A stretch of 42,827 nucleotides of DNA from Alphaproteobacteria bacterium (GTDB taxonomy: Bacteria; Pseudomonadota; Alphaproteobacteria; CAAHEQ01; UBA3637). The stretch spans positions 1 through 42,827 of the forward strand of contig JAZUQR010000012.1 of NCBI GenBank assembly GCA_045605805.1. Reading direction: 5' to 3'. The notes below the pieces were generated by a model that ran no database searches, was not told the DNA's origin, and was given only the letters and a program-made list of their open reading frames with translations. Made by a program: the position numbers and the translations under genes. Shown piece after piece: positions 16,612 to 25,244 of the stretch. The first letter of the stretch is position 1, and each line of letters begins with the position of its first letter.

Positions 16612-18621
16612 ATGCTTATGGAATTGTTCAAATTGCTTGGAACGATAGCAATAGACAATACAGAAGCAAACAACGCATTGGATAATACATCTGCAAAGGC
16701 AAACGAATCTGCAAGCGAAACGGAATCCGCTTTCAGTAAGATTGGCGGTGTGGCCAAAAAGGTGGCCATTGGAATAGGCACGGCAGGACTTGCCATAGGC
16801 GGTGCTTTTATCGGTGCGGTAGAAAGTACACGAGAGTATAGGGCAGAAATGGCATTGCTTGAATCTGCCTTTTTAACAGCCGGGCATAGTTCGGCAGAAG
16901 CAAAAAGAACATATTCAGAATTAAATGCGGTACTTGGTGATTCCGGGCAAGCGGTGGAAGCATCACAGCATCTTGCAAAGATTGCCGACAACGAAAAGGA
17001 ACTTGCAGGACTAACCGACATTCTAACCGGGGTATATGCCACATTTGGGGAATCTCTTCCGTTGGAAGGATTGGCCGAGGGTATCAACCACAGTGCATCC
17101 CTTGGGGAAGTGCAGGGGAGCCTTGCAGATGCTTTGGAATGGTCGGGAATCAGTGCGGAATCATTCAATGATAAGCTTGCGAAGCTAAAGACCGAGGAAG
17201 AACGGCAGGACCTTATTGTTAAGACTTTAAATGACACATACAGTAAGGCATCCGAACAGTATAAGGAAACCAATGCGGATGTAATGGAAGCAAGGAAAGC
17301 ACAGGAAAGATTGTCAGATGCAATGGCAGAGGTAGGCAGAGTTGGGGAACCAATCATGACCGCCATTAAAAATGCGATTGCAGGAATGGCAGAAAGTGCG
17401 GTGCCTGTTATTGAAAATATGGTGAACGGCTTCCGGGATATGATCCAATGGGTAAAGCAGAACCAAGACACCGTGCAATCATGGGTTGGTGTGATTGTAG
17501 GAGCCACAACAGCGGTAGGAATCTTTGTTTTGATTATTTCCTGGGGAAAAATTATGACCGCTGCAGCAAATGCCATTAAGGTGGTAAGAACGGCAATGAT
17601 TGCCTTCAATACGGTATTGCTTGCCAATCCCATAGGGTTGGTTGTTGCAGCCGTTGCCGGGCTTGTTGCAGCCTTTATATACCTATGGAACAACGTGGAA
17701 GGCTTCCGCAAATTTTGGATAAATGCATGGAACCTGATAAAAAAATATGCTTCCGATTCCTGGAAGGCCATCCGGAAATACTTTTCGGATGCATGGTCAT
17801 CCATTAAAAAAACATGGTCCACGGTGGCAGGTTTCTTCCGTGGGATATGGTCCGGCATAAAGTCGGCTTTTTCGGCAACAAAATCTTGGTTTTCCAATTT
17901 ATTCCGAAACGCATGGAACGGTGTGAAATCCGTATGGAATGGGGCAAGAAGCTTCTTTTCCGGCATATGGTCCGGTATAAGGGGTGTGTTTGGTTCCGTT
18001 GGCTCATGGTTTAGAAGCACCTTTCAAAAAGCATGGTCAAATATAAAATCCGTGTTTTCCGGTTGGGGAAGTTTCTTTTCCGGATTGTGGGGCAAGGTGA
18101 AATCCAAATTCGGTTCAATCGGTACATCCATAGGCACAGCTATGGGAAATGCCGTGAAGAATGGAATGAACGGTGCCTTGTCGAAAGTGGAAAGTGCAAT
18201 CAACAAAGGAATAGGCCTTATAAACAGTGCCATACGGCTTGCCAATAAGCTTCCGGGCATCAATGTTGGTACAGTCGGAAAAATAAGCCTTCCAAGGCTT
18301 ATAAAGGGCGGTGTTTTGGAAAAAGGTCAGGTTGGTTTGCTTGAAGGTACCGGAGCGGAAGCCGTGGTGCCGTTGGAAAGGAATCATGCTTGGCTTTCAA
18401 GGCTTGCACAGGACTTAGACGAGATACAAGGTAGCCGGAGAACATACCAAGACGAAGCATTGATGGAAAGATTAAATCAGATAATATTTTTACTTGAAAA
18501 ACTACTTGGAATGAAAATATATCTTGATTCAGGGGCATTGGTGGGTGAATTAACACCTGCTATGGATGCGAGATTGGGAAGGATATATGACCAAGCAAAC
18601 AGAGGATATACAAGGGGCTGA
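16612..18621 (+). CDS. Tape measure protein A
   Basis: 669 aa; ELFKLLGTIAIDN N-terminus, ANPIGLVV, Trp/Phe 11-residue repeats, G.EAVVPLE, C-terminal YLDSGALVGEL. Confidence 0.9.
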   Translation: MLMELFKLLGTIAIDNTEANNALDNTSAKANESASETESAFSKIGGVAKKVAIGIGTAGLAIGGAFIGAVESTREYRAEMALLESAFLTAGHSSAEAKRTYSELNAVLGDSGQAVEASQHLAKIADNEKELAGLTDILTGVYATFGESLPLEGLAEGINHSASLGEVQGSLADALEWSGISAESFNDKLAKLKTEEERQDLIVKTLNDTYSKASEQYKETNADVMEARKAQERLSDAMAEVGRVGEPIMTAIKNAIAGMAESAVPVIENMVNGFRDMIQWVKQNQDTVQSWVGVIVGATTAVGIFVLIISWGKIMTAAANAIKVVRTAMIAFNTVLLANPIGLVVAAVAGLVAAFIYLWNNVEGFRKFWINAWNLIKKYASDSWKAIRKYFSDAWSSIKKTWSTVAGFFRGIWSGIKSAFSATKSWFSNLFRNAWNGVKSVWNGARSFFSGIWSGIRGVFGSVGSWFRSTFQKAWSNIKSVFSGWGSFFSGLWGKVKSKFGSIGTSIGTAMGNAVKNGMNGALSKVESAINKGIGLINSAIRLANKLPGINVGTVGKISLPRLIKGGVLEKGQVGLLEGTGAEAVVPLERNHAWLSRLAQDLDEIQGSRRTYQDEALMERLNQIIFLLEKLLGMKIYLDSGALVGELTPAMDARLGRIYDQANRGYTRG

Positions 18622-18639
18622 TAATTCAGTCCCTTTTTT
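18612..18639 (+). terminator. Intrinsic terminator between TMP-A and TMP-B
   Basis: AAGGGGCTGA-TAAT-TCAGTCCCTT-TTTT. Confidence 0.65.
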
Positions 18640-18671
18640 GAATTTACGAAGGAAAGGGGGTAACCCTTAGA

Positions 18672-20915
18672 ATGGATATTTTTAGGCTATTTGGAACAAT
18701 AGCAATCGACAATACATCCGCAAACAATGCGATCAATGAAACATCCGACACGGCAGAGCGAGCGGAAAGCAAATTGTCTATTGCATTTCAAAAAATAGGT
18801 TCCGCAGCAATAGCGGTAGGGCAGGTAATGGCCACAGGGCTTGCGGTAGGTATCACGGCAATGGCAGCACTTACCGGGCAAGCATTGAATCTTACCGGGG
18901 AATTGGAACAGAATATGGGCGGTTCCGAAGCGGTCTTTGCTGAATACGCAGAACGAATGCAGGATATAGCTGGGGAAGCCTATGCAAATATGGGCTTGTC
19001 TGCTTCTGATTTCCTTGCAACGGCAAATAAAATGGGAGCCTTATTCCAAGGTGCCGGATTTGGCATTGAGGAATCGGCAACTATCTCCGCAGATGCAATG
19101 CAAAGGGCAGCGGATGTGGCATCAATCATGGGTATTGATGTATCAGTTGCCATGGAATCTATTGCAGGAGCAGCAAAAGGCAATTTCACCATGATGGACA
19201 ATCTTGGTGTGGCAATCAATGATACCACCTTGCAAATCTATGCAATGGAACATGGCCTTGGCGAATTGGTAACCACAGAAGATAAAGTCAGTGCAGCCAT
19301 GCAGATGTTCATGGAAAGCACGGCATATGCAGCAGGGAACTATGCAAGGGAAAATCAGACCTTGGCAGGGTCTTTGACAACGGCAAAGGCAGCATTACAA
19401 AACTTCCTTACCGGGGTAACAAGTGCAGACCAATTTGCGGATGCACTTACCAATGCAGGGGATGTAATCATTGACAATCTTGTGGAATTGGTTCCCCGAC
19501 TTATTGAAGGTTTGACAGAATTGATGGAAATTCTTATGCCGGAACTTCCTGGGATATTAGAATCCGTTTTGCCCGGAATTATTGATGGTGCTTTTCTACT
19601 AATTGAAGGATTGGCAACCATTTTGCCGGATTTATTAAGCATTCTTGGTGGGATAATCAGTGAACGATTACCGGATTTGTTGCAATTATTTGCGAATGCA
19701 TTAAGTATGCTTGGTGGAATAATTAGCGAAAGTTTGCCTGATTTATTGCAAATTGGGTTGGATATTCTTTTACAGATTGTGCAAGGCATGGCAAACGCAT
19801 TGCCCGAAGCATTACCAACTATTGTGAATGTTGTGTTGCAGCTTATAGACATAATCATTCAAAATATTCCGTTGTTTATTTCGGCAGCGGCACAGTTGAT
19901 ACAGGGATTGTTGCAGGGATTGATAAGTGCAATGCCTATGATTTTGGAATATCTTCCAATTATGTTGGAGAGTATCACATCCGCTTTGATAGAATCATTG
20001 CCATTGCTGATTGAATGCGTTGTATCCCTTATAACATTTATCGGTGAGGAATTACCCACAATTATTGACATAATTGTCCAAATTTTGCCGGATTTGATGG
20101 ATTTATTGGTTGATGGATTTATTGCATTGCTACCTGTTTGGATTGAAGGCTTGATTGCATTTATTACGGCAATCGCAGAGCAACTTCCCGATATATGCGT
20201 GGCATTGTTCGAAGCACTTCCCCAAATTGTGGATTCAATTTTGCAGGGATTGGTGGTGTTGGGTTCACGGCTTAGGACAGAAATTCTTGATCCAATGGTG
20301 AATCGGTTTGTAATTTGGTTGAATACCATCAAAAACAGAATATTCGGTGCGGTGAATGTTGCAAAGAATTATATTGTAAATGGATTTGAAACAGCAAAAG
20401 AAGCCCTTGCGGAAATTGCCGAAGGAATCAAATCGAAGTTCACGGATGCATTCAATTCCTTGGTGGATATAGTGCGTTCACCGCTTAATTCAATTATTGG
20501 ATTTGTCAATCAGGTGATTGATGCCCTTAACTCTATAAGCATTGATATTCCCGATTGGGTGCCGGAGTATGGCGGTCAAACCTTCGGTATTAACATTCCG
20601 AACATTTCCTATCTTGCCAAGGGTGGTGTAATTACGGAACCTGCACTTCTTGGGTACAATCCATTGTCCGGAAGGGGAGTGGTTGCAGGAGAAGCAGGGG
20701 ATGAAGCTATTGCACCGATTGGAGTTTTACAGGCTTATATTGAAGAAGCGGTGGCACGGCAAAACTATGCACTTGTGGCGGTTTTGGAAAGAATCCTGGA
20801 AGCCATCATTGCTTTGGATGCGAACATGGGCGGTAATTTAAGTGAAGCATTGGAAGGCTTAACATTTTCGGCAGATAAAAGGGAATTTGCCCGGTTAGTA
20901 AAGGCGGTGAACTGA
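18672..20915 (+). CDS. Tape measure protein B
   Basis: 747 aa; DIFRLFGTIAIDN N-terminus, AKGNFTMMDNL, Leu/Ile/Pro 11-residue repeats, LAKGG, AGEAGDEAIAP, C-terminal REFARLV. Confidence 0.9.
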   Translation: MDIFRLFGTIAIDNTSANNAINETSDTAERAESKLSIAFQKIGSAAIAVGQVMATGLAVGITAMAALTGQALNLTGELEQNMGGSEAVFAEYAERMQDIAGEAYANMGLSASDFLATANKMGALFQGAGFGIEESATISADAMQRAADVASIMGIDVSVAMESIAGAAKGNFTMMDNLGVAINDTTLQIYAMEHGLGELVTTEDKVSAAMQMFMESTAYAAGNYARENQTLAGSLTTAKAALQNFLTGVTSADQFADALTNAGDVIIDNLVELVPRLIEGLTELMEILMPELPGILESVLPGIIDGAFLLIEGLATILPDLLSILGGIISERLPDLLQLFANALSMLGGIISESLPDLLQIGLDILLQIVQGMANALPEALPTIVNVVLQLIDIIIQNIPLFISAAAQLIQGLLQGLISAMPMILEYLPIMLESITSALIESLPLLIECVVSLITFIGEELPTIIDIIVQILPDLMDLLVDGFIALLPVWIEGLIAFITAIAEQLPDICVALFEALPQIVDSILQGLVVLGSRLRTEILDPMVNRFVIWLNTIKNRIFGAVNVAKNYIVNGFETAKEALAEIAEGIKSKFTDAFNSLVDIVRSPLNSIIGFVNQVIDALNSISIDIPDWVPEYGGQTFGINIPNISYLAKGGVITEPALLGYNPLSGRGVVAGEAGDEAIAPIGVLQAYIEEAVARQNYALVAVLERILEAIIALDANMGGNLSEALEGLTFSADKREFARLVKAVN

Positions 20916-20916
20916 T

Positions 20917-21738
20917 ATGATGGAAAGAATTAAATATATCAATCATAGAAATGAAGTGCTTGATTTCGGGGCAAATGGCCTATATATCAATGAGAATGAT
21001 TTGCGTGATTTTGTATGGTCTATTATTTCAAAGAATAACCGTATCACAGGATTCAAGAAAGGGGTGGTTTCAAGGACCATCCCTGTTATTATTTCCACCA
21101 CATCCGAAGCGGAATGTACGGCAAAGTTAAATGCATTATATGAGATATGCGAAAAGGATGTTCTTGCGGTGCAGCATGGAAGGTTTGTGATTGGTGACTA
21201 CTATTTGAAGTGCTTTGTTACCACTTCAAAGAAGAAGGACTACTTGACAAGCCGACAATACAAGTCAATTCAACTTAAAATATCAACCGATATGGCATAT
21301 TGGGTAAAAGAAACGGTCACAACCTTTGGATATGGAGCAGGAAAGAAAGGTTCTAATCTTGATTATAACAATGATTTCCCATACGACTACACATCCAACA
21401 TTATGAATCAATCACTGAATAACACAGGCTTTGTCCCGGTGAATTTCAGGATGAACATATATGGACCATGCACCAATCCAAAAGTAACCATAGGCGGTCA
21501 TGAATATGAAGTATTTGCAGAATTTGAAGCCAATGAGTATTTGGCCATTGATTCTATCAGTAAAAAAATAACCTTAACGCATACGGATGGAAGCACGGAA
21601 AATTGCTTCAACCTTAGGAATAAAGATTCATACATCTTTGAAAAAATCCCGGTGGGAGTGAATACGGTATCATCCAGTGCGGAATTTAAGTTTGATGTTA
21701 CCCTTTTCGAGGAAAGGGGGGAACCTAAGTGGACTTGA
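20917..21738 (+). CDS. Distal tail protein (Dit) B
   Basis: Directly after TMP-B; WVKE, DYNNDFPYDY, IYGPCTNP, FEKIPVG.N, EERGEPKW. Confidence 0.8.
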   Translation: MMERIKYINHRNEVLDFGANGLYINENDLRDFVWSIISKNNRITGFKKGVVSRTIPVIISTTSEAECTAKLNALYEICEKDVLAVQHGRFVIGDYYLKCFVTTSKKKDYLTSRQYKSIQLKISTDMAYWVKETVTTFGYGAGKKGSNLDYNNDFPYDYTSNIMNQSLNNTGFVPVNFRMNIYGPCTNPKVTIGGHEYEVFAEFEANEYLAIDSISKKITLTHTDGSTENCFNLRNKDSYIFEKIPVGVNTVSSSAEFKFDVTLFEERGEPKWT

Positions 21739-23162
21739 TCTATATGAACCGGAGCCGGGAAGATGAAGGGGTGCTTGCGGATTTTACCTTTGATTTGGCT
21801 TTTGGTAAAGATGAAAATAACTTTGAATGCGTGGTTGACACAGAAAGCCATTGTTGTGAAGAAGGGTATTTCCTGTATTACGAAGGCACAGAATACGGTG
21901 GAATCATTGATAAAATTAAGGTGGCCACGGAAAAGTCGGAAATAACCTATATCGGCAGAACATGGCATGGGTTGTTGGAATCCAAGGTGATTGAACCATT
22001 GAAGGCCACGGATGAAAGCGGTGGCGGTGCGACAGTGCATAAAGGTGGGAAAAACCTTATTCCTTATCCGTATTACAATAAATCTATGACTTCAAAAGGT
22101 ATTGAATGGGTGGTAAATGGAGACGGAACAGTGACCGCTAATGGAACAGCAACGGCCACTTCTATATTCTTTTGTACTTTTAGAACAGAGAATCTAAAAC
22201 AAGGCAAATATATATTAAGCGGTTGTCCTAACAGTGGGAGCAGACAAACATATTATCAATGGTTTGGAATATGGGATGGAACAAGTAATGTATATGGTGC
22301 TTATGACATCGGAAGTGGTGCAAATATAACTGTAAAAAGTGAACACGAAAAACATTATGTAGTAATTGGGTGCTATGTATATGCAGGTGCAACCGTTGAA
22401 AATCTTACATTTTATCCGCAATTAGAAGTAGGCGAAAAGGCCACATCATATCAACCATATAAAAGCCTTGAAAAAGAATATCTTATGTTATCAGGGGAAG
22501 CAAACAGTGTGATTGGTTGGTTGGTTGAAAGAATGGGGCTTGGGGCTATGTTTACGGCTTCCACGGAAGATTCTGGCATTGACATTTCCAATTACAAAAT
22601 GAACCGTTATATAGGCGGTTATGAAGGCATACGGAAGATGCTTAAAGATGCAGGGGCAAAATTGCATATAGAGTTTAAAGAAGGCTTTGCGGAACTATCT
22701 GCAAGGCCTTTGGTTGATTACTCAAAGGATGAAGAATTTGATACAGACCAAATTGATTTTGAGATTGAAAAGAATTTCCATCCTATCAACCATGTAATAT
22801 GCCTGGGAGCCGGGAATCTATCAGAACGTGAAGTGATTCATGTATATGCGGATGCATCCGGGAACATAAGCACAACGCAGAGTATTTTCGGCATTGATGA
22901 AGTGACCGCAAAATATGACAATCCAAACGCAGAATCAAGTGAAGCCCTTAGGCAGGGTGGAATTGATTTAATAAAGGCATCATGGAATGCCGACAAGGTG
23001 GATTTTGATTTCAATTCAAATGAAAAAACCTATGATATAGGGGATGTGGTAGGGGCAAGGGAATTTGTCACCGGAATATCCGCATCTTCTGAAATCGTGA
23101 AAAAGATTGTCAAAATAAAGGACAATACAACAACAATATCATATGAGGTAGGTGAAGTATAA
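21729..23162 (+). CDS. Tail hub/Tal-like protein B (ReqiPepy6 gp37-like) with inserted carbohydrate-binding-like domain
   Basis: DLAFG..ENNFE, GTEYGGII, GRTWHG, NHVICLG.G, YDIGDVV; insert GKNL...YPQLEVGEKATSYQPY. Confidence 0.75.
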   Translation: MDLIYMNRSREDEGVLADFTFDLAFGKDENNFECVVDTESHCCEEGYFLYYEGTEYGGIIDKIKVATEKSEITYIGRTWHGLLESKVIEPLKATDESGGGATVHKGGKNLIPYPYYNKSMTSKGIEWVVNGDGTVTANGTATATSIFFCTFRTENLKQGKYILSGCPNSGSRQTYYQWFGIWDGTSNVYGAYDIGSGANITVKSEHEKHYVVIGCYVYAGATVENLTFYPQLEVGEKATSYQPYKSLEKEYLMLSGEANSVIGWLVERMGLGAMFTASTEDSGIDISNYKMNRYIGGYEGIRKMLKDAGAKLHIEFKEGFAELSARPLVDYSKDEEFDTDQIDFEIEKNFHPINHVICLGAGNLSEREVIHVYADASGNISTTQSIFGIDEVTAKYDNPNAESSEALRQGGIDLIKASWNADKVDFDFNSNEKTYDIGDVVGAREFVTGISASSEIVKKIVKIKDNTTTISYEVGEV

Positions 23163-23866
23163 TGCATTTAGTAACAGGGTACGCAGGAGAAGAACACATT
23201 CAATCAAAAGACCAAGGTTCCTTCAATGCTGCATTTTTTGGTGCGGATCAGTTCGTGATGGAATCGGGCAATCAATTTGAAGCATCTATATTGAACAACA
23301 ATACGGTGCGAGTTTTAGACGGTGACGGTCTTATGTACGGAAGGCATTTCCTCATTGAACCGAATACCTATGAGGATGTAACCATCACCACAGGTACAGC
23401 CGGGGTGAATCGTATTGATTTAATCGTGGTAAGGTATGAAAAGAACCAAAATGATGGAACGGAAAAAACCTATTTGGAAGTAATTAAGGGAACGGAAAAG
23501 GAATCCGGAGCCGTAGCACCTGCATATACAGATGGAAATATTCTTGAAGGTGCCACCATGAATCAGATGCCATTGTATCAGGTGGCTATCAATGGGGTGG
23601 TGTTGGAAAGTGTGACACCGCTTTTCAAAACAAAACCTTCCTATCAGGAATTGGCGAGAATGTATGAAGCAGAATTTAAAAAGGCTTGCGAAACACATTT
23701 GGATTCTTTGAATGTTTTGGACACCATGGAAGAAGTGGGAGCCAACACACAGGCAAAACAACTTGCCGGAGCATTGGCGGTGAAGGAACTTGCAATGGGC
23801 TTGGGTACAGTTGAATTTCGGGTGAACAATGGACAGTTGCAATATAGATACGAAAGCGAGGAATAA
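23162..23866 (+). CDS. Baseplate/fibre anchor protein B
   Basis: MHLVTGYAG..HI, NNTVRVLDG, RIDLIVVRY, MPLYQV. Confidence 0.7.
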   Translation: MHLVTGYAGEEHIQSKDQGSFNAAFFGADQFVMESGNQFEASILNNNTVRVLDGDGLMYGRHFLIEPNTYEDVTITTGTAGVNRIDLIVVRYEKNQNDGTEKTYLEVIKGTEKESGAVAPAYTDGNILEGATMNQMPLYQVAINGVVLESVTPLFKTKPSYQELARMYEAEFKKACETHLDSLNVLDTMEEVGANTQAKQLAGALAVKELAMGLGTVEFRVNNGQLQYRYESEE

Positions 23867-23869
23867 GGC

Positions 23870-24298
23870 ATGGGAACAATGACAGAATGGCAGGATGTTG
23901 GAATGAATAGCGAAGAAAAGGCACAGTTGCAAGCGATTTATGACAAGGTTGTTATATCAGGAGAAACAATCCCGACAGTAATAACTTCTGGGAATGGGTG
24001 GACAGAAGGTGTAACAAGCGGAACATATACATTTGAAGAAAATATAAAATATGGGTTGATAGTGTGCCATTGCGAATGTTCAAAGTCCACTAACAAACCG
24101 AATTTTGGGGCAACAATCGACAATGAGTTCATTTCTTTGATTAACCAAGTATATCATCCAGGTTCTTCAAATTATGGAATCGCATGTGTTGATATTAAAA
24201 CATACGAAATCAAAGATATACCGCAAGGGGCCATATTAAATTGGACAGTGAGTGATTCGGCAAATGCCAAAGACATTGTACTTTTTAAAATAAATTAA
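23870..24298 (+). CDS. Putative receptor-binding/variable domain protein of module B
   Basis: Beta-rich, AT-rich ORF in frame with the upstream gene. Confidence 0.5.
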   Translation: MGTMTEWQDVGMNSEEKAQLQAIYDKVVISGETIPTVITSGNGWTEGVTSGTYTFEENIKYGLIVCHCECSKSTNKPNFGATIDNEFISLINQVYHPGSSNYGIACVDIKTYEIKDIPQGAILNWTVSDSANAKDIVLFKIN

Positions 24299-24348
24299 AA
24301 ATACAATAACAACTTTCAAATTATAAAAAAAATAAGTGGGTGGTAATT

Positions 24349-24561
24349 ATGCTTAGAGTACAATTCAATGATTCCCTTTCCATGCAGGCGGTGGATTTCA
24401 AAACCATTTCTGATTCCGTTGTGCAATTAACCGGGGAGAAAGTCCCGGAGAACACATCCGGATTCAAAGTGTACCGTCTGAATGGTGAATTTTTGGGAGA
24501 TTATTCAGACTACAAAAAAATAGTGGCAGAGGTAAAGAACGGCTTCCAGTTCGGGAAGTAA
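24349..24561 (+). CDS. Small tail-associated protein
   Basis: NTSGFKVY...LGDYSDYK motif at the end of module B. Confidence 0.55.
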   Translation: MLRVQFNDSLSMQAVDFKTISDSVVQLTGEKVPENTSGFKVYRLNGEFLGDYSDYKKIVAEVKNGFQFGK

Positions 24562-24604
24562 TACAAAAGATAACCTTGCAAATGGCAAAGAAAGTGAGGT
24601 TATC

Positions 24605-25243
24605 ATGAAAGGCATACAGTTTGGCAAATATCATTCTTGGAATGATTTTGCACTGATATTAACATCAAAGGAAATCGGAACACCATCTATCAAAACGGAA
24701 ACCATTGATATACCGGGCGGTGATGGTGTTCTTGATTTAACGGAATTTTTTGGTGATGTAAAGTACAGCAACAGGCCGTTATCTTTTGAGTTTTCCACCA
24801 TAGTTCCGCAAAGTGAATTTATGAATCTTTTTTCGAGGGTACAGGATGCCTTGCATGGTCGCAAAGTGGAAATAACCTTGGATGAAGATGCACAGTGGTA
24901 TTATATCGGCAGATTGGAAATATCACCTTGGAAAGCAGAGAAAAGCATTGGAAAATTCACGATTGATTGTGATTGCGAGCCGTACAAGGTAAAGAAAAAT
25001 GATACCATTGTCACAGTAAATGTGGCAGAGGAAACCACGGTTATTTTGCACAATAGCAGAAAAGCGGTGGTGCCTACCATTGATATAACCGGGGAAATCA
25101 ATTTGACCTATGGGGTCAATTATTACACCTTATCCGCAGGGCGGTATGACCTTCCGGGGGTTCAGTTGGTAGAAGGGGATAATACCATTCTATTAAACGG
25201 AGCAGGAACGGCAACCTTCACATATCGTGAAAGGGGGCTTTAG
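24605..25243 (+). CDS. Distal tail protein (Dit) A
   Basis: MKGIQFGKYHSWNDF, IDIPGGDGVLDLTE, YYIGR, CDCEPYK, final YRERGL. Confidence 0.85.
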   Translation: MKGIQFGKYHSWNDFALILTSKEIGTPSIKTETIDIPGGDGVLDLTEFFGDVKYSNRPLSFEFSTIVPQSEFMNLFSRVQDALHGRKVEITLDEDAQWYYIGRLEISPWKAEKSIGKFTIDCDCEPYKVKKNDTIVTVNVAEETTVILHNSRKAVVPTIDITGEINLTYGVNYYTLSAGRYDLPGVQLVEGDNTILLNGAGTATFTYRERGL

Positions 25244-25244
25244 G

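Noticed and set aside
16524-18020. 498-aa minus-strand ORF, and similar antisense ORFs opposite TMP-B, capsid and replication genes
   Set aside because: Shadow frames of well-supported + strand genes, with no RBS or recognisable motifs.
19600-19760. DNA-level repeat inside TMP-B (LGGIISE.LPDLLQ twice)
   Set aside because: An ordinary internal repeat expansion of a tape measure protein.
18660-24586. Weak similarity TAACC(C)TT-N-AATGG at both ends of module B as recombination sites
   Set aside because: Too short and gapped to distinguish from chance; each copy is also explained by a local RBS hairpin.
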